A model generated the notes under the pieces. It saw only the letters and a list, made by a program, of their open reading frames with translations, had not been told where the DNA came from and did no database searches. A stretch of 64,000 bases of DNA from Malacoraja senta (taxonomy: Eukaryota): NCBI GenBank assembly GCA_038087875.1, contig CM075988.1, forward strand, positions 19,096,001 through 19,160,000, given 5' to 3'. Of the stretch, positions 11,177 through 23,887 are shown in pieces (position 1 is the first letter of the stretch; each line of letters starts with the position of its first letter). A program made the translations under genes and the position numbers.

Positions 11177-11680
11177 AGGCAGCACGGTGGCGCTGTGGTA
11201 GAGTTTCTGCCTTGCAGCGCCAGAGACACGGGTTCGATCCTGACTACGGGTGCTGTCTGTACGGAGTTTGTACGTTCTCCCTGTGACCTGCGCGGGTTTT
11301 CTCTGGGATCTCCGGTTTCCTCCCACACTCCTGAGACGTACAGGTCGCGGGTCCAGGCAGCGGGTAGTCGACAGCCACACCGGGGTCGGCTGCCTGCCCC
11401 TCTTCCAGGCCTACGTCCGTGCTCGCGTGTGCCTGGAGAGGGAACACGCAGTGTCCACGGGGATTTTGGAGGCCTTCCATGAACGCTGGTCGTGGTAACA
11501 CTGATGATGAGGACCTTGTTTTAAAATTGATGACTGCTGTTTTGTAAACTGCCACAAAGGCAGTTTTGATCGTGTTGTTTTATGTCTTTTTGTTGTGTTT
11601 CTGAATAAAAGTATTTGTATAATTTAAATAATAAATAAATAAATAAAGATGTATAGGTCTGTAGGTTAAATGGTTTGGTA
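11177..11680 (+). mobile_element. V-SINE interrupted by a Tx1-like 3' fragment
   Basis: A/B boxes at 11188-11240. The SINE resumes after 11659. Confidence 0.9.
11347..11646 (+). mobile_element. Tx1-like LINE 3' fragment with 13-bp TSD
   Basis: Encodes CLPLFQAYVRARVCLEREHAVSTGILEAFHERW. (TAAA)n tail. TSD aga(c/t)gta(c/t)aggtc at 11334-11346 and 11647-11659. Confidence 0.85.
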
Positions 11681-11821
11681 ACCGGAGCTCCCGGAGAAAA
11701 CCCACGCAGGTCACGGGGTGAATGTACAAACCCCGTACAGAAAATCACCCGTAGTCAGGATCAAACCTGGGTCTCTGGCGCTGTAAGGCAGCAACTTTAC
11801 CGCTGCGCCACCGTGCCACCC
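11681..11821 (-). mobile_element. V-SINE 5' half, inverted and abutting the previous SINE
   Basis: Reverse-complement tRNA head ending ccgctgcgccaccgtgccaccc. Confidence 0.85.
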
Positions 11822-12220
11822 ATGTTCAACAGTCCACAAGAACTCGGTGCTGTACCTTAGTTTGAAAAAAATATTCCCCTCATGCTGAGAAACTGCTTAA
11901 AATAAGCACAAGATAATATTCCTGTTACTCAGCAAGCAGTACAATTGTCACCTTTAAGTTTCTAATGTATAGATTATCCAGATTTCCATTATCTGCAGCA
12001 CTTTGCTTTCATATCAAAATTCTTCTTGTTATTCATGCTACTTAAGATAGCTTTTTCCTTTATTTCTAACAATAACACTTCTGGGAAAAGTGAGCGAGAA
12101 TAAAATACTTTTACTGACCAATACCAGCGTCAACTACAATAATCAATATGACATTCTCCAACACAGACAATGTTTTTTATTTGACTGGTCACGCTGCAAT
12201 CTTTATTGTCCATCCGTCTT

Positions 12221-12717
12221 TGAAGAGGATGCTAGGAGGTCGCAGGATGACTTGGACAGGTTGAGTGAGTGGGCAGATGCATGGCAAATGCAGTATAATG
12301 TGGATAAATGTGAGGTTATCCACTTTGGCGGCAAGAACAGGGAGGCAGATTATTATCTCAAAGGTGTCAGATTAGGAAAAAGGGAAGTGCAACGAGACCT
12401 GGGTGTGCTTGTACACCAGTCACTGAAAGTAAACATGCAGGTACAGCAGGCAGTGAAGAAAGCACCCAAATTTGGTTTGAACTTGGGTTCAAATGACAAC
12501 AAATAAATTGTATCGTATCATTGTATCATGTTGGCCTTCATAACGAGAGGACTTGAGTATAGGAGTAAAGAGTTCCTTCTGCAGTCGTACAGGGCCCTGG
12601 GGAGACCACATCTGGAGTATTGTGTAAGGTTTTGATCTCTTAATTTGAGGAAGGACATCCTTGCTATTGAGGTTCACGAGGTTAATCCCCGGGATGGCGG
12701 GACTGTCATATGAGGAA
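12221..12717 (+). pseudogene. CR1 ORF2 (RT C-terminal) fragment with a ~60-bp foreign tail inserted at 12465-12526
   Basis: EEDARRSQDDLDRLSEWADAWQMQYNVDKCEVIHFG...QQAVKKA. Confidence 0.9.
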
Positions 12718-12719
12718 AG

Positions 12720-13113
12720 ATCTATCTTTCCCTCTTAACCTCATTCTCCTGCCTTCTCCCCATAATCCCTGACAACCGTGCTAATCAAGAATCTATCAAT
12801 CTCTGCCTAAAAAATATCTATTGACTTGATCTCCACAGCTGTCTGTGGCAATGAATTCCACAGATTCACCCTCCTCTGATTAACGAAATTCCTCCTCATC
12901 TTCCTGAAGGAATGTCCTTTCATTCTGAGGCTATGACCTCTGGTCCTAGACTCTCCCACTAGTGGAAACATCCTCTCGACGTCCACTCTATCCAGGACTT
13001 TCACTATTCGGTAACTTTCGATGAGATCCCCCCTCATCAGTTCCATACTCCACCGATTACAGGCCTAGTATAGTCGCACGCTCATCGTATGTTAGCCCAC
13101 TCATTCCTGGGAT
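12720..13113 (-). mobile_element. Older CR1 3' fragment
   Basis: ORF 12807-13046 RGDLIESY...GESRTRGHSL...WNSLPQ. Confidence 0.85.
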
Positions 13114-13884
13114 CATAGATACATAGATACATAGAAAATAGGTGCAGGAGTAGGCCATTCGGCCCTTCGAGCCTGCACCGCCATTCAATATGATCATGGC
13201 TGATCATCCAATTCAGTATCCCGTACCGGCCTTCTCTCCATACCCCCTGATCCCCTTAGCCACAAGGGCCACATCTAACTCCCTCTTAAATATAGCCAAT
13301 GAACTGGCCTCAACTACCCTCTGTGGCAGAGAGTTCCAGAGATTCACCACTCTCTGTGTGAAAAAGTTTTTCCTCATCTCGGTCTTAAAGGATTTCCCCC
13401 TTATCCTTAAGCTGTGACCCCTTGTCCTGGACTTCCCCAACATCGGGAACAATCTTCCTGCATCTAGCCTGTCCAACCCCATAAGAATTTTGTACGTTTC
13501 TATAAGATCCCCTCTCAATCTCCTAAATTCTAGCGAGTATAAGCCAAGTCTATCCAGTCTTTCTTCATATGAAAGTCCTGACATCCCAGGAATCAGTCTG
13601 GTGAACCTTCTCTGCACTCCCTCTATGGCTATAATGTCCTTCCTCAGATTTGGAGACCAAAACTGTACGCAATACACCAGGTGTGGTCTCACCAAGACCC
13701 TGTACAACTGCAGTAGAACCTCCCTGCTCCTATACTCAAATCCTCTTGCTATGAAGGCCAACATACCATTCGCTTTCTTCACTGCCTGCTGCACCTGCAT
13801 GCCTACTTTCAATGACTGGTGTACCATGACACCCAGGTCTCGCTGCATCTCCCCATTTCCTAATCGGCCACCATTTAGATAATA
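13114..13884 (-). mobile_element. Young CR1 LINE, 5'-truncated, with intact ORF2 C-terminus
   Basis: Open frame YYLNGGRLG...GYGEKAGTGY and (TWTCTATG)n tail. Confidence 0.95.
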
Positions 13885-14097
13885 CTGGTGGTGAAAAAAA
13901 AATTGGTATATAAAACTTGCCACGGACTCAATGATTCAAAGATATAAACTGGCAACAAACAGGACAACACAGATGAATTAAAAGTCTTCAGACATGCAGC
14001 GTGCAGCAAAATCTATTTACAAATCAACATTCCGTCAAAATACTTTGAATGGGCTGTTTGTTGTACAGTTAACTCCCTATTTATGAACAAGTGATTT

Positions 14098-14383
14098 ACA
14101 CCTCCAGATTCTGGGACAGTATCTTCCCAGCTGTAATCAGGCAACTGAATCATCCTACCACTACTAGAGAGTAGTCCTGAACTACAATCTACCTCATTGG
14201 GGACACTTTGGACTATCTTTGATTGGACTTTACTGCCTTTACCTTGCACGGAACGTTATTCCCTTATCATGTATCTATACACTGTAAATGACTCGATTGT
14301 TATCATGTCCGCTGACTGGATAGCACACGTCCAAAGCTTTTCACTGTACCTCGGTACACGCGACAATAAACCAAACTGAACTG
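14098..14383 (+). mobile_element. Rex1/Babar-like 3' end
   Basis: TSRFWDSIFPAVIRQLN remnant and gacaataaa + (aactg)n tail. Homologous to 21582-21897 and 31250-31494. Confidence 0.75.
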
Positions 14384-14741
14384 ATCAGATTTACACCAGA
14401 ACATAATGGGATCTTTAGGGAATGTGTCCTGAAGTTACAATGTGTTTTTTCTTGTTATCATGGACAATCCTTAACACATGGGGAGGGAGAGGAAGAGATT
14501 AGATCAGTATTAGCAATAAGCGGAAATTGGAATCCAAGCGGTACAGCTGTGCAAACAAAGAACGTGCTCCACGCGACTGACGGCTGCTACAGCTGTTCCG
14601 AGATACACTGCTGTTGACACAGACCATTGACATAAGTGCTTACTGCCTTTTTACAGCGACGACTATTAATAAAGCTGGCCACTGGAATGAAAACCCTCTC
14701 GCTGCAGCTGAATGTTAGCCCATGAACAGCATCAGAGGTCA

Positions 14742-15132
14742 TGTGTAAGAAGGAACTGCAGATGCTGGTTTACACCGAAGATAGACGCAAAATGCCGGAG
14801 TAACTCAACGGGTCAGGCAGCATCTCTGCAGAGAAGGGATGGGTGAGTCCCATTTTTTTTTGGATTTGAGACCCTTCATCAGACTAAGAGTCAGGGAGGG
14901 GGACACTGGAGGTATGGGGAACAGAGCCTGCATCGATGACTCAGGAAGGGTGGAGCCCACAATGGTCCATTGTTGGCTGGGGACGAGATGATAACGAAAG
15001 AATGCAAAAGTGAAATTAGCAAGAGGGCTAGGGTGGGGGAGAGATGGAGAGAAGGCGAATGCAAGGCTCAATTGAAGTTAGAGAAATCAATATCCACTGG
15101 GTTGTAAACTGCCCAAGCGAAATATGCGGTGC
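14742..15132 (-). mobile_element. Penelope-like element 3' fragment (ORF C-terminus plus pseudo-LTR)
   Basis: Minus strand 15131-15070 reads HRIFRLGSLQPSG/IDFSNFN*, the PLE C-terminal motif. It is followed by CTGATGAAGGGTC and the common short-repeat end. Confidence 0.8.
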
Positions 15133-15134
15133 AT

Positions 15135-16395
15135 CAGAGGTTATGAAGGGCAGAGAAATTATAAAGGAGAGAATGGTAAGTGGTTAGGGGCGTGGTTGGA
15201 ATCTCTGAATCTCAGAGGCAAGTGCCCCTGAGTTTGATGTCTTTGAAGGGGGAAAGGTAAGGTCATTAGGGCGAGATTTGAAAGAAGATGAGGAGATGAT
15301 GGATCTTCTAAAGTCCCATCATATTGGAGAATGGCAGTAGTTGCTTTTATCACTACAAGAAGCTTGAGGATGTGCATGAGCCACATCTCGGAGGGGAGAC
15401 TGATACAGTGGACACAATGAAGATACTGAACCCAACGGCAGAGGAATCTCACATTACACTTGGGCCATTGAGTATCAGAGTCAAGAATTCTTGAAGCAGC
15501 TCCATAAGACTTTGGTTCGGCCACATTTGGAGTATTGTTTAGACACAAAATGCTGGAGTAACTCAAAGGGACAGGCAGCACCTCTGGAGAGAAGGGATGG
15601 GTGGCGTTTCGAGATACAGCACGGAAACAGGTCCTTCGGCCCACCAAGTCCGCACTGCCCCGCACTTTAACACTATCCTACACTAGGGACAGTTTTTACA
15701 TTTATACCAAGCCAATTAACCTACCTGTACGTCTTTGGAGTGTGGGAGGAAACCGAAGTTCTCGGACAAAACCCATGCAGGTCACGGGGAGCACGTACAA
15801 ACTCTGTACAGACAAGCACCTTTAGCCAGGATCGAACCTGGGACTCTGGCGCTGTAAGGCAGCACCTCTACCGCTGCGCCACTGTGCCTTTGTGTGCAGT
15901 TCGAGTTACCCATTGCAGAAAGGATGTGGAGAAATTGGAGAGGGTACAATAAAGTTGTATGTGAATGCTGCCTGGATTAGAGGGTATTTACTACAAGGGG
16001 ATATTGGACAGATTTGGATTGGGTGCTACGGAGCATCAGAGGTTGAGGGGAGAACTGATAGAAGTTTATAAAGTTATGAGGGGCATAGATAGGGTTTATA
16101 GTTAAAACGTATTTACCAGGGTGGAAATGTCTAAGACTAGAACAGGTAGCTTTAAGGTGAAAGGGGCAAAGTTTAAAGGAGATATGCAAGGCAAGTTTTT
16201 TTACACAGAGTGCAGTAGGTGTTTGGAATGTGCTGCCAGGTGGTGGTGGTGGAGGCGGATACAATGGTAGCATTGAAGAGGCCTTTAGACAGGTAGATGG
16301 GGAGGAAAGGTTTAAAGGGATATGGACCAAACATAGGCAGGTGGGACAAGTAGATGGGGCATCTTGGTCGGTGTGGGCAAGTTGGGCCAAAGGGC
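15135..16395 (+). mobile_element. Old degenerate CR1 fragment with nested SINE (15606-15888, -) and PLE piece (15541-15610)
   Basis: LVRPHLEYC/VQF...RKDVEKLERVQ...FFTQ remnants and CR1 tail. Confidence 0.75.
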
Positions 16396-16422
16396 ACTAT
16401 GACCCTACGATGCCCAAAATGT

Positions 16423-16714
16423 TTTAGTTTATTTCAGAGATACAGCGTGGAAACGGGCTGTTCGGCCCACTGAGTCCTCGCCAACCAACGATCCCTGTAC
16501 ACTATCTACACACTAGGGACAACTTACAATCTTACCGAAGCCAATTAACCTACAAACCTGTACATCTTTAGAGTGTGGGAGGAAAACGGAGCACCCAGAG
16601 AAAACCCACACAGTCACGGGAAGAACATAAAAAATCTGTGCAGACAGCGCCCGTAGTCAGCATCGAACCCGGATCTCTGGCACTGTAAGGCAGCGACTCT
16701 GCCACTGCGCCACC
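16423..16714 (-). mobile_element. V-SINE
   Basis: Full head-V-domain-tail structure on the minus strand. Confidence 0.9.
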
Positions 16715-17439
16715 CTGCTGCCCTTTGGCACTTCCCAAATTCCTGAATGTTAATGAGATGGACCACCACTCTGGGAAGGGGGGCAAATATTCCCTAAAGA
16801 TCACAGAGCACCAATCCATCGGTCACCACCAGAACGCCTCGTCCTTTAATGTCACAGAGAACCAGTCATAAGGTCATAAGCAATAGGAGCAGATTTAGGA
16901 CATTTGGCCCATCAAGTCTACTCCACCATTAAATCATGGCTGATCTATCTCTCCCTCCTAACCCCATTCTCCTGCCTTCTCCCCATCACCCCAGAACACC
17001 TGTACTAATCACGAATCTATCCATCTCTGCTTTAAACGTATCCATTGACTTGGCCACAGCCGTCAGGGGCAAAGAATTCCACAGATTCACCATGCGTCTT
17101 ATTTATAATAGGAACAAACTGCAGTACCCACACAGTCGCTGCTCTGTTGTGGCCGAGAATTAATTTTCCTCATGTGAATTCTTGTTGATTAAATTCCAAT
17201 GGCAAATTCTGCATCTGTGCGTGACACAAGAAAGAGTGAAGTAATCAAAGCCACTTAGTAAGTTGTAACGGTGTCTTAAGAACTCTCAACAGATATTGCT
17301 GTACCACAGCTGTTGTTCATTAAAAATCACCTCACTTATGAGGCTTTAAACAGCACTAACTCTTTAAGAATTGCTACTCACTTTTCAAAGGAAGAAGAGC
17401 TGGAAATAACTTGTGCTAAGTTCAGGAAAATAAACTTTA

Positions 17440-17835
17440 GGTTTAGGTTCAGTTTGTCATTGTCGCGTGCCTTGAAAAGTTTTTGTGTTGCATGCGATCC
17501 AGTGAGTGAAAAGACTACATGGTTACAATCAAGCCGTCTACAGTGCACAGATACAGGATTTAAGGAATGAGGTTTAGTGCATGTTGAAGTCCAGTAAAGA
17601 CATATTAAAGATACTGTAGTTAGAAGGTCTCCAATGAGTTAGAGCTGGGAAAAAAGTTCCCTGAATTTGGAGGTATGTGTTTTCAATCTTCTGTACCTCT
17701 TGCCTGATGAGAGAGGTGCAAAGAGGGGTGACCAGGGTTAGGCGGGTCCTTGGTTATGCTGGTGGCCTTGCCGAGGCAGCGTGAAGTGTAGATGGAGTCC
17801 AAGGAAGGGCGGTTGGTTTGCGTGGTGGACTGGGC
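17440..17835 (-). mobile_element. Rex1/Babar-like 3' fragment
   Basis: Reverse complement of LDSIYTSRCLGKATSITKDP...SGKRYR...TSKFR. Confidence 0.75.
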
Positions 17836-17931
17836 TCCTCATCAAAAGACAATTGTAATGCAGAACTCAAGGGTAGTCCGTATCTCGAAGAAGCTGCCAG
17901 ACAATCCAAAAGAAGCATGTACAATTGTGAC

Positions 17932-18237
17932 TTAGTTTAGTTTAGTTTAGTTTAGAGATACAGCACCAGGTCAGCGCCGACCAGCGATCCCCACACATTA
18001 ACGCTATCCTATAGCAACTAGGGACAATTTTTACATTTACCAAGCCAATTACCCTACATACATGTACGTCTTTGGAGTGTGGGAGGAAACCAAAAATCTT
18101 GGAGAAAACCCACGCAGGTCACGGGGTGAGCGTACAAACTCCCTACAGACAGTACCCGTAGTCGGGATCGAACCCGGGTCTCTGGCGCTGCATTCGCTAT
18201 AAGGCAGCAACTATACCGCTGCACCACTGTGCCACCC
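17932..18237 (-). mobile_element. V-SINE with 9-nt anticodon-arm insertion
   Basis: (TTTAG)n tail. Head contains gctgccttatagcgaatgcagcgccag. Confidence 0.9.
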
Positions 18238-19347
18238 ACTTTAAAAGATAATTGGAAAAATATATGTGCAGGAAGGGTTCAGAGGGTGCTTAGGCAAATG
18301 CAGACAAATGGGATGACCCCAATTTGCCAACCTGATTAGCTTGGACAAGGTGGGCCGAATGGTTTATTTCTGTGCTGTACAGTTCTATGACTCTTCAATC
18401 TGACTTACTTCAGCACATTCCTGCCCAAACACTATAATGCTTGATTTCCCTGTATTCCAATGCTCTATCCACCTCTGCCTTGAATATATAGAATGACTTT
18501 GCCTTCAAAAACATCGGGTAAGAGAAATCCAAATATTCAAAGCCTCTGAGAGAAGAAATTCACCTACTCTTCGGTCTCAGACTCCCTTACAATGACATAG
18601 TCATACAGCTGTACAGCACAGAAAAGGCCCTTCGGCCTAATGTGTCCATGCCGACCAACTTGCGTATTGGGCTAGTATCTTTGGCCCATATCCGTCCTAT
18701 CCATCTTTCTGCCCAAATGTCTTTTAAAAGTCATGAGCGGTATCCGCTCCTATCATTTCCTCTGGCAGCTCATTCCATCTACAGATTATACTTTGACTGA
18801 AAAAGTAGCTCCTGTGGTCCTTCATAAGTCCCTCCCTTCTCACTTGTAGTTGTGGAATCCTCTACTGTGGGAAAAATATCATGAACGTTGAGTGGGAAGG
18901 ATTCTGTGGTGTGTTGACTGGGCCAACAGCATGCTAAACCTCCAACAGAGCCAGCGAGACCTCTCCCAGTGAAACCTCTCCCTCGTGAATGCTGTTGAAA
19001 CTACTCACACAGGCTGTGTCTGCATGAGACGTAGGTAAAGCTTTGCAGAGTTAAGTAGCACTTTTACGACTCTCACTGCACTGACAGCAAGGTGCTTACT
19101 GACAGCAATGTGGCTTTGTGATGCACACCATCTATCAGCAAAGTGTGCATTTGAGATGGGACCACTTTTTCAACCTTACGGTGCAATCTCAGACTTTACG
19201 TCATAAAATATGATTATTAAAGCCAGTTAAACGCTGCAAGAGTAGGCAGCTCAGTTGGCCTGTGTGCATATATCTTGATTTCCATCGACATCACAAAACC
19301 TGGATATTTTCTCTTTTTAACTTTGTCCCTTTGAAAATATGTTTTCT

Positions 19348-19731
19348 GTACCTTAAAAAAAATTGAGGTCAGGTAAGGGGGGATGATAGTTGAAGAGTTG
19401 GTATGTCCCATTTGCGTAATGCTCATAAAAAATATTTGTTTCTCTCTTTTTCCTCTTTCTCTTTCTCCTTCTTTTCTAGGGTCTATTTCTTAACTCTTTT
19501 TCTTTTGTTTTTAATTTTGTTCTTATAGGGTCTTCGTCCTTTTTTGTTGTCACATTTTCTACACTTTCACTTTTTCCTTCACTTTCTTCTTTCTTTCAAT
19601 CTTATCTTTTCCTTTTACTAATGTAAAAAACAAATGGAGTACATTAATTGTAAGAAGACATAAGTGACGAGTACTAATGTATGTGGTTGTAATGTAATGT
19701 ACTTCTAATAAATAAAAAATTTTAAAAAAAA
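19348..19731 (+). mobile_element. L1 3' UTR-only insertion with 15-bp TSD
   Basis: Homologous to 42277-42676. Poly(A) tail. TSD gaaaatatgttttct at 19333-19347 and 19732-19746. Confidence 0.95.
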
Positions 19732-20082
19732 GAAAATATGTTTTCTTTGTGTTGCAGAAAAAAAAAATCCATGTTTACATCGTCCTCAGAGTGAAGAAAA
19801 TTACTACTTAAAGAATCTTAGGCTATTTTCTTTATTATGAGAGTACTGTGTAGTCCAGGTTGCAGTGTCGCCAATTTCATTTTTTAAATTGTAATCTAGT
19901 TTATTTGCTTAACAGTGGGAAACAACGATGACTCTTGAATATTTTCTGGATTTTCAATAGCAGTTCTGTCGCTCTTGTTTAAGGGAGGAATCCTTCCAGT
20001 TTCTATGCTATTCCTGGATATGCAGGACACGAAGGGGTGCAGATCAGGTACAGGCAGAGGAGATTAGTTGGTCTTGGCATCA

Positions 20083-20568
20083 AGAGTCAAGAGACATTAA
20101 TTGTCATATGTATCGACAATGGAACGATTACATTCTTACTTACATCAGCATAACAGATGCATTGCACAATACCCATAGATAATATGTAATAAACAAAATA
20201 ATCAATAAATTAATTAAACCATGCTAGTGCAAAAGAAGCCCAGGTCCTCAGTGCAATCTAAGACAGTCGGTTGTACATCAGTAGTCTTGTGTCGTTTTCA
20301 AGAGCCTAATGGTTGTTGAGAAGGAATTGTTCTCGAACCCACTGGTCACGGCTCTCAAGCTCCTGTACCTTCTTCCCGAAGGTAGTAGAGGAAGAAGAGC
20401 ATTGCCAATGGTAGTGTGGGTATTTGATGATACTGGCTGCCTTTTTCAGGCAGCACTTCCGACAGATCCCTTCGATGGTGGGGACATCGGTACCCGTGAC
20501 GGACTGGGCAGTGCCCACCACATTTTGCGATTTCCTTTGTTCCCAAACATTCAAGTTGGTGAACTTGA
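20083..20568 (-). mobile_element. Rex1/Babar-like 3' fragment
   Basis: ORF 20306-20554 VVGTAQSVTGTDVPTIEGICRKCCLKKAASIIKYP. Confidence 0.8.
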
Positions 20569-21581
20569 TGATGTAACCAATGATTGTAAATTGCTCGTAC
20601 TAAGCTTCCCCCCAGTCTAGTTTCAGTCTAAAATCACTGAGTCAAGCACTTGCGCATCTAAACTTTATCTTGACAAAACACAATTACAGTTCCCACTACT
20701 GTACCTAACCGCCGCAGGTTCAATCCTCGTATCTGGCTGATCAAGCCCTCTTGGCCTCGCTCAAACAGAAACATTCCAGAAGCTCACGCAGTCCTAAGTG
20801 CTCTCCCAGTAGATCGACACAGGACCTCGTGGTAGTGGACTTATAGGTCCCCAAACCTCGAGGGGCCGAACCACATGGGGGTGGTTTCTTTACAATCCAA
20901 TAACAGATAATCGATTAACCCCATACATGACAGATATTTCCCTAACCCAATAATACAGTGGCTAATACATTGTATTCAAACAGTGTTTCTCAGAGGAAAA
21001 GAACATCACAACATGTGCCCTGATATGCAAGAAAACCAGACAAGGCTCAATACTTAATCCAATCAACATTCAGCAAAGTAAAGCTTTGCAACATTATTTA
21101 CAATGTGTGTGTCTGGTTTGCATTCATCCAATCCAATCTATGCATTTTGCACCTAATTCTCAGGGTCTGCAGATGTTCCCATTCTCTTCATGTAGCTCTG
21201 ATCTAGGTTCTAGACAAACTGGCACCATTCTGCAGCTTGTCCCATTTCTACAGAAAGCTCTTATAAATTGACCAAATAGCCTAGCAGCCCCGAAGCCTTT
21301 ACTCGATTTTAGGATCCTAGCCTCTCCAATTTGACCAGGATTAACATGATCATGTTTAGCATGGATATTGTGGGCCAAATGGCCTGTACCTGTGCTGTAC
21401 TTGTCTATGTTTTATGTTCTTCATACTCAGATCTCCCACTACTAATTTATGACTCTTCACTGTGGATTTCCACGGCTCCCAACTCTTTCTCTAATGGCTC
21501 ATCCAAAGCTACAGTGACTGCACTCACCATGGAACAATCCCCTCAGCTCCACAGTCTCTGCAAATGCGAGGTCAAACGCAA

Positions 21582-21898
21582 ACCTCCAGATTCAGGGTCA
21601 GTTTATTCCCAGCAGTTATCCAGGCAACTGAACCATCCTCTCACCAACTAGAGAGCAGTCCTGACCTACCATCTACCTCAGTGGAGACCCTCGGACTATC
21701 TTTAATCGGATTTTAATCGGTTCGGGCATTACTGGACTTTAACTTGCACTAAACATTATTCCCTTTAGCCTGCTTCTGTGGATAACTTGTTTGTAATCAT
21801 GTGCAGTGTTTTTACTGACTGGATAGCACGCAACAAAAAAGCTTTTCACTGTACCTTGGTACATGTGACAATAATAAACTAAACTAAACTAAACTAAA
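21582..21898 (+). mobile_element. Rex1/Babar-like 3' end
   Basis: TSRFR..FPAVIQATE remnant and (AAACT)n tail. Confidence 0.75.
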
Positions 21899-21934
21899 AA
21901 CTTATGTAGAGTCATACAGTCATATAGCACGGAA

Positions 21935-22081
21935 CTTCTCCATGGATTGTCACCTTGTCGTGGTGGAGAAGCTTGTGTGGTCTTGAGATCCTGAGAGCGA
22001 TGCCGTCTGGAGCTATGCTCCTGGTAGGGCCACCCATGGTGGTAAGGTCGAGGGGGGGGGGTCCCTGACAAAGAACAATCC
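21935..22081 (+). ncRNA. Predicted HDV-like self-cleaving ribozyme with extended P4
   Basis: P1 CTTCTCC/GGAGAAG, P2 GGATTGT/ACAATCC, P3 ACC/GGT, L3 TTGTCGT, J4/2 CAAA with C22069. Confidence 0.65.
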
Positions 22082-22348
22082 AACCAAGACCTCAACGGTG
22101 GAACGGGCGGAGGATGATGGCTGACTCTAGTGGAGCGGCACAACGGCTGGGAAGGCGGATGAAGGCTGCAGCAGAAAAGTTGTCTTGGACTCCATGACAC
22201 TGGATCCTGACCCAGATCTGTCAAGAACCGTGTGGTGGCTGTCTGTGCACCAGTCTCCCCATGTTAAACAAAGTCACGCACAGGCGTCCTCCCAAAAGAG
22301 GACAGTCATACTCGTTTCGAGTGACCGCCGATGATGATGATGATGATG
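21935..22348 (+). mobile_element. Full-length RTE-type non-autonomous retroelement (SINE) with HDV-like 5' fold, (GAT)n tail and 11-bp TSD
   Basis: TSD atagcacggaa at 21924-21934 and 22349-22359. RTE/BovB-like 5' motif ccttgtcgtgg. GAT-repeat tail. Confidence 0.85.
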
Positions 22349-23169
22349 ATAGCACGGAAACAGGCCCTTCTGCCCAACTAGTCCATGCCATCCAAGATGC
22401 CACATCTGAGTGCTGCATTTGGCCCATATCCCTCTGATCAAAGAGGGGCCTGGCGAGGGGGGAGAGGGTGGGGAGAGGGGGATGGCAATGGTGGGGAAGT
22501 GGGGGGGGGGGGGCGGCAATGGAAGGGAGGGGGGGGCAAGAAGAAGGAGTCACCCAGCAGATGGGGGGGGGGGAGAATGACGAGGGACCAACATCTCTAA
22601 TGATTACTTTGACAACTTTGTCATTGTACCTAGGTACATGTGACAATAAAGTATAATTGAGTTATTTCACCTTTCCTCCCCATGTCGTTGTACATGTGAC
22701 TTGAATGTTGTTATATTTTAATAGTTCTATGTATAATGCGATATTCAGGCACTGACATCTCTTCCAAGGACAAGAGTTCCTTCAACCTTTGAGCAGATGA
22801 TAACTGTATCATCCTATTCCATCAAGTCAATGAGCATTGGCTGCAGTGTCTTTCCTATCACTGGTATTCAAAGGGGCTAATGTTGTGAGCTTCAAAATTA
22901 ACCTCTGCAGCTACTGTCAAAGAACCTCACCAGTAACTAACTAAAGGGTTAAATTAAGATTCATGCTGGCCACTCTGAATTGTAAGCGTGAAGTCAATGA
23001 TGAAAGTTAATTGATCAAGTGCTTTAATGGATTCGATAAAGACCACATTGCATGGGAGGGTTCAATACCAAAACAGCTTTTACTGCCCAATTCATACTGT
23101 ACAATTAATACAAAGAACCATTGAACCATTAATTTGTTTGAAGGTAACTTCAAATCTCTCCGAAGCCTC

Positions 23170-23887
23170 CACTATTAGACACTGCCTCAAAAAGGCAGCC
23201 AATATCACCAAGGACCCACGCCACCCTGAGAGGCCATGCTCTCATCTCGCTGTGACTATCGGGAAGGAGATACAGGAGCCTGAAAACTGTAACCTCTAGG
23301 TTCAAGAACAGCTTCTTCCCAGCAACCACTTTAAGAATACACATCACTCACATCTATAATCTTCTATAAACTGTGTCTTTGATTTTGCGATATTACAGTA
23401 TTTTGTATTATCATATTAGTTTATTGTATTATTGATTAATGTACATTTATTCATGTGTTATTGCGTTCACGAGCCTGCAAAGCTGTAGCAAGCATGAATT
23501 TCACTGTTATTGTCGGTACAGATAATACATTGGGCGGCACTATGGTGCAGCGGTAGAGTTGCTGCCTTACAGCACTTACCGTGCCAGAGACCCGTGCTCA
23601 ACCCCGACTAAGGGTACTACCTGTACGGAGTTTGTACGTTCTCCCCATGACCCCGTGGGTTTTCTCCGGGATCTTCGATTTCTTCTCACGCTCCAAAGAC
23701 GTACAGGTTTGTAGGTTAATTGGTTTTGGTATGAATGTAAAATTGTCCCGAGTGTGTGTAGGATCATGTCAATGTGTGGGGATCGCTGGCCGGTGCGGAT
23801 TCAGTGGGCCGAAGAGCCTGTTTCTACACTGTATCTCTAAAATCAACACTCAAAATAAAAATGTGACAATTAAACACTCTTGACTCT
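23170..23887 (+). mobile_element. Rex1/Babar-like 3' end with nested full-length V-SINE (23532-23842, +)
   Basis: RHCLKKAANITKDP...SRFKNSFFP. The tail gacaattaaacactcttgactctt resumes after the SINE. Confidence 0.85.

Noticed and set aside
13490-13882. Antisense ORFs over CR1 copies (also 35511-35792, 36990-37337)
   Set aside because: These are shadow frames of CR1 ORF2.
22445-22580. G-rich tract (G-quadruplex-like)
   Set aside because: Low-complexity sequence with homopolymer runs of uncertain length and no supporting context.
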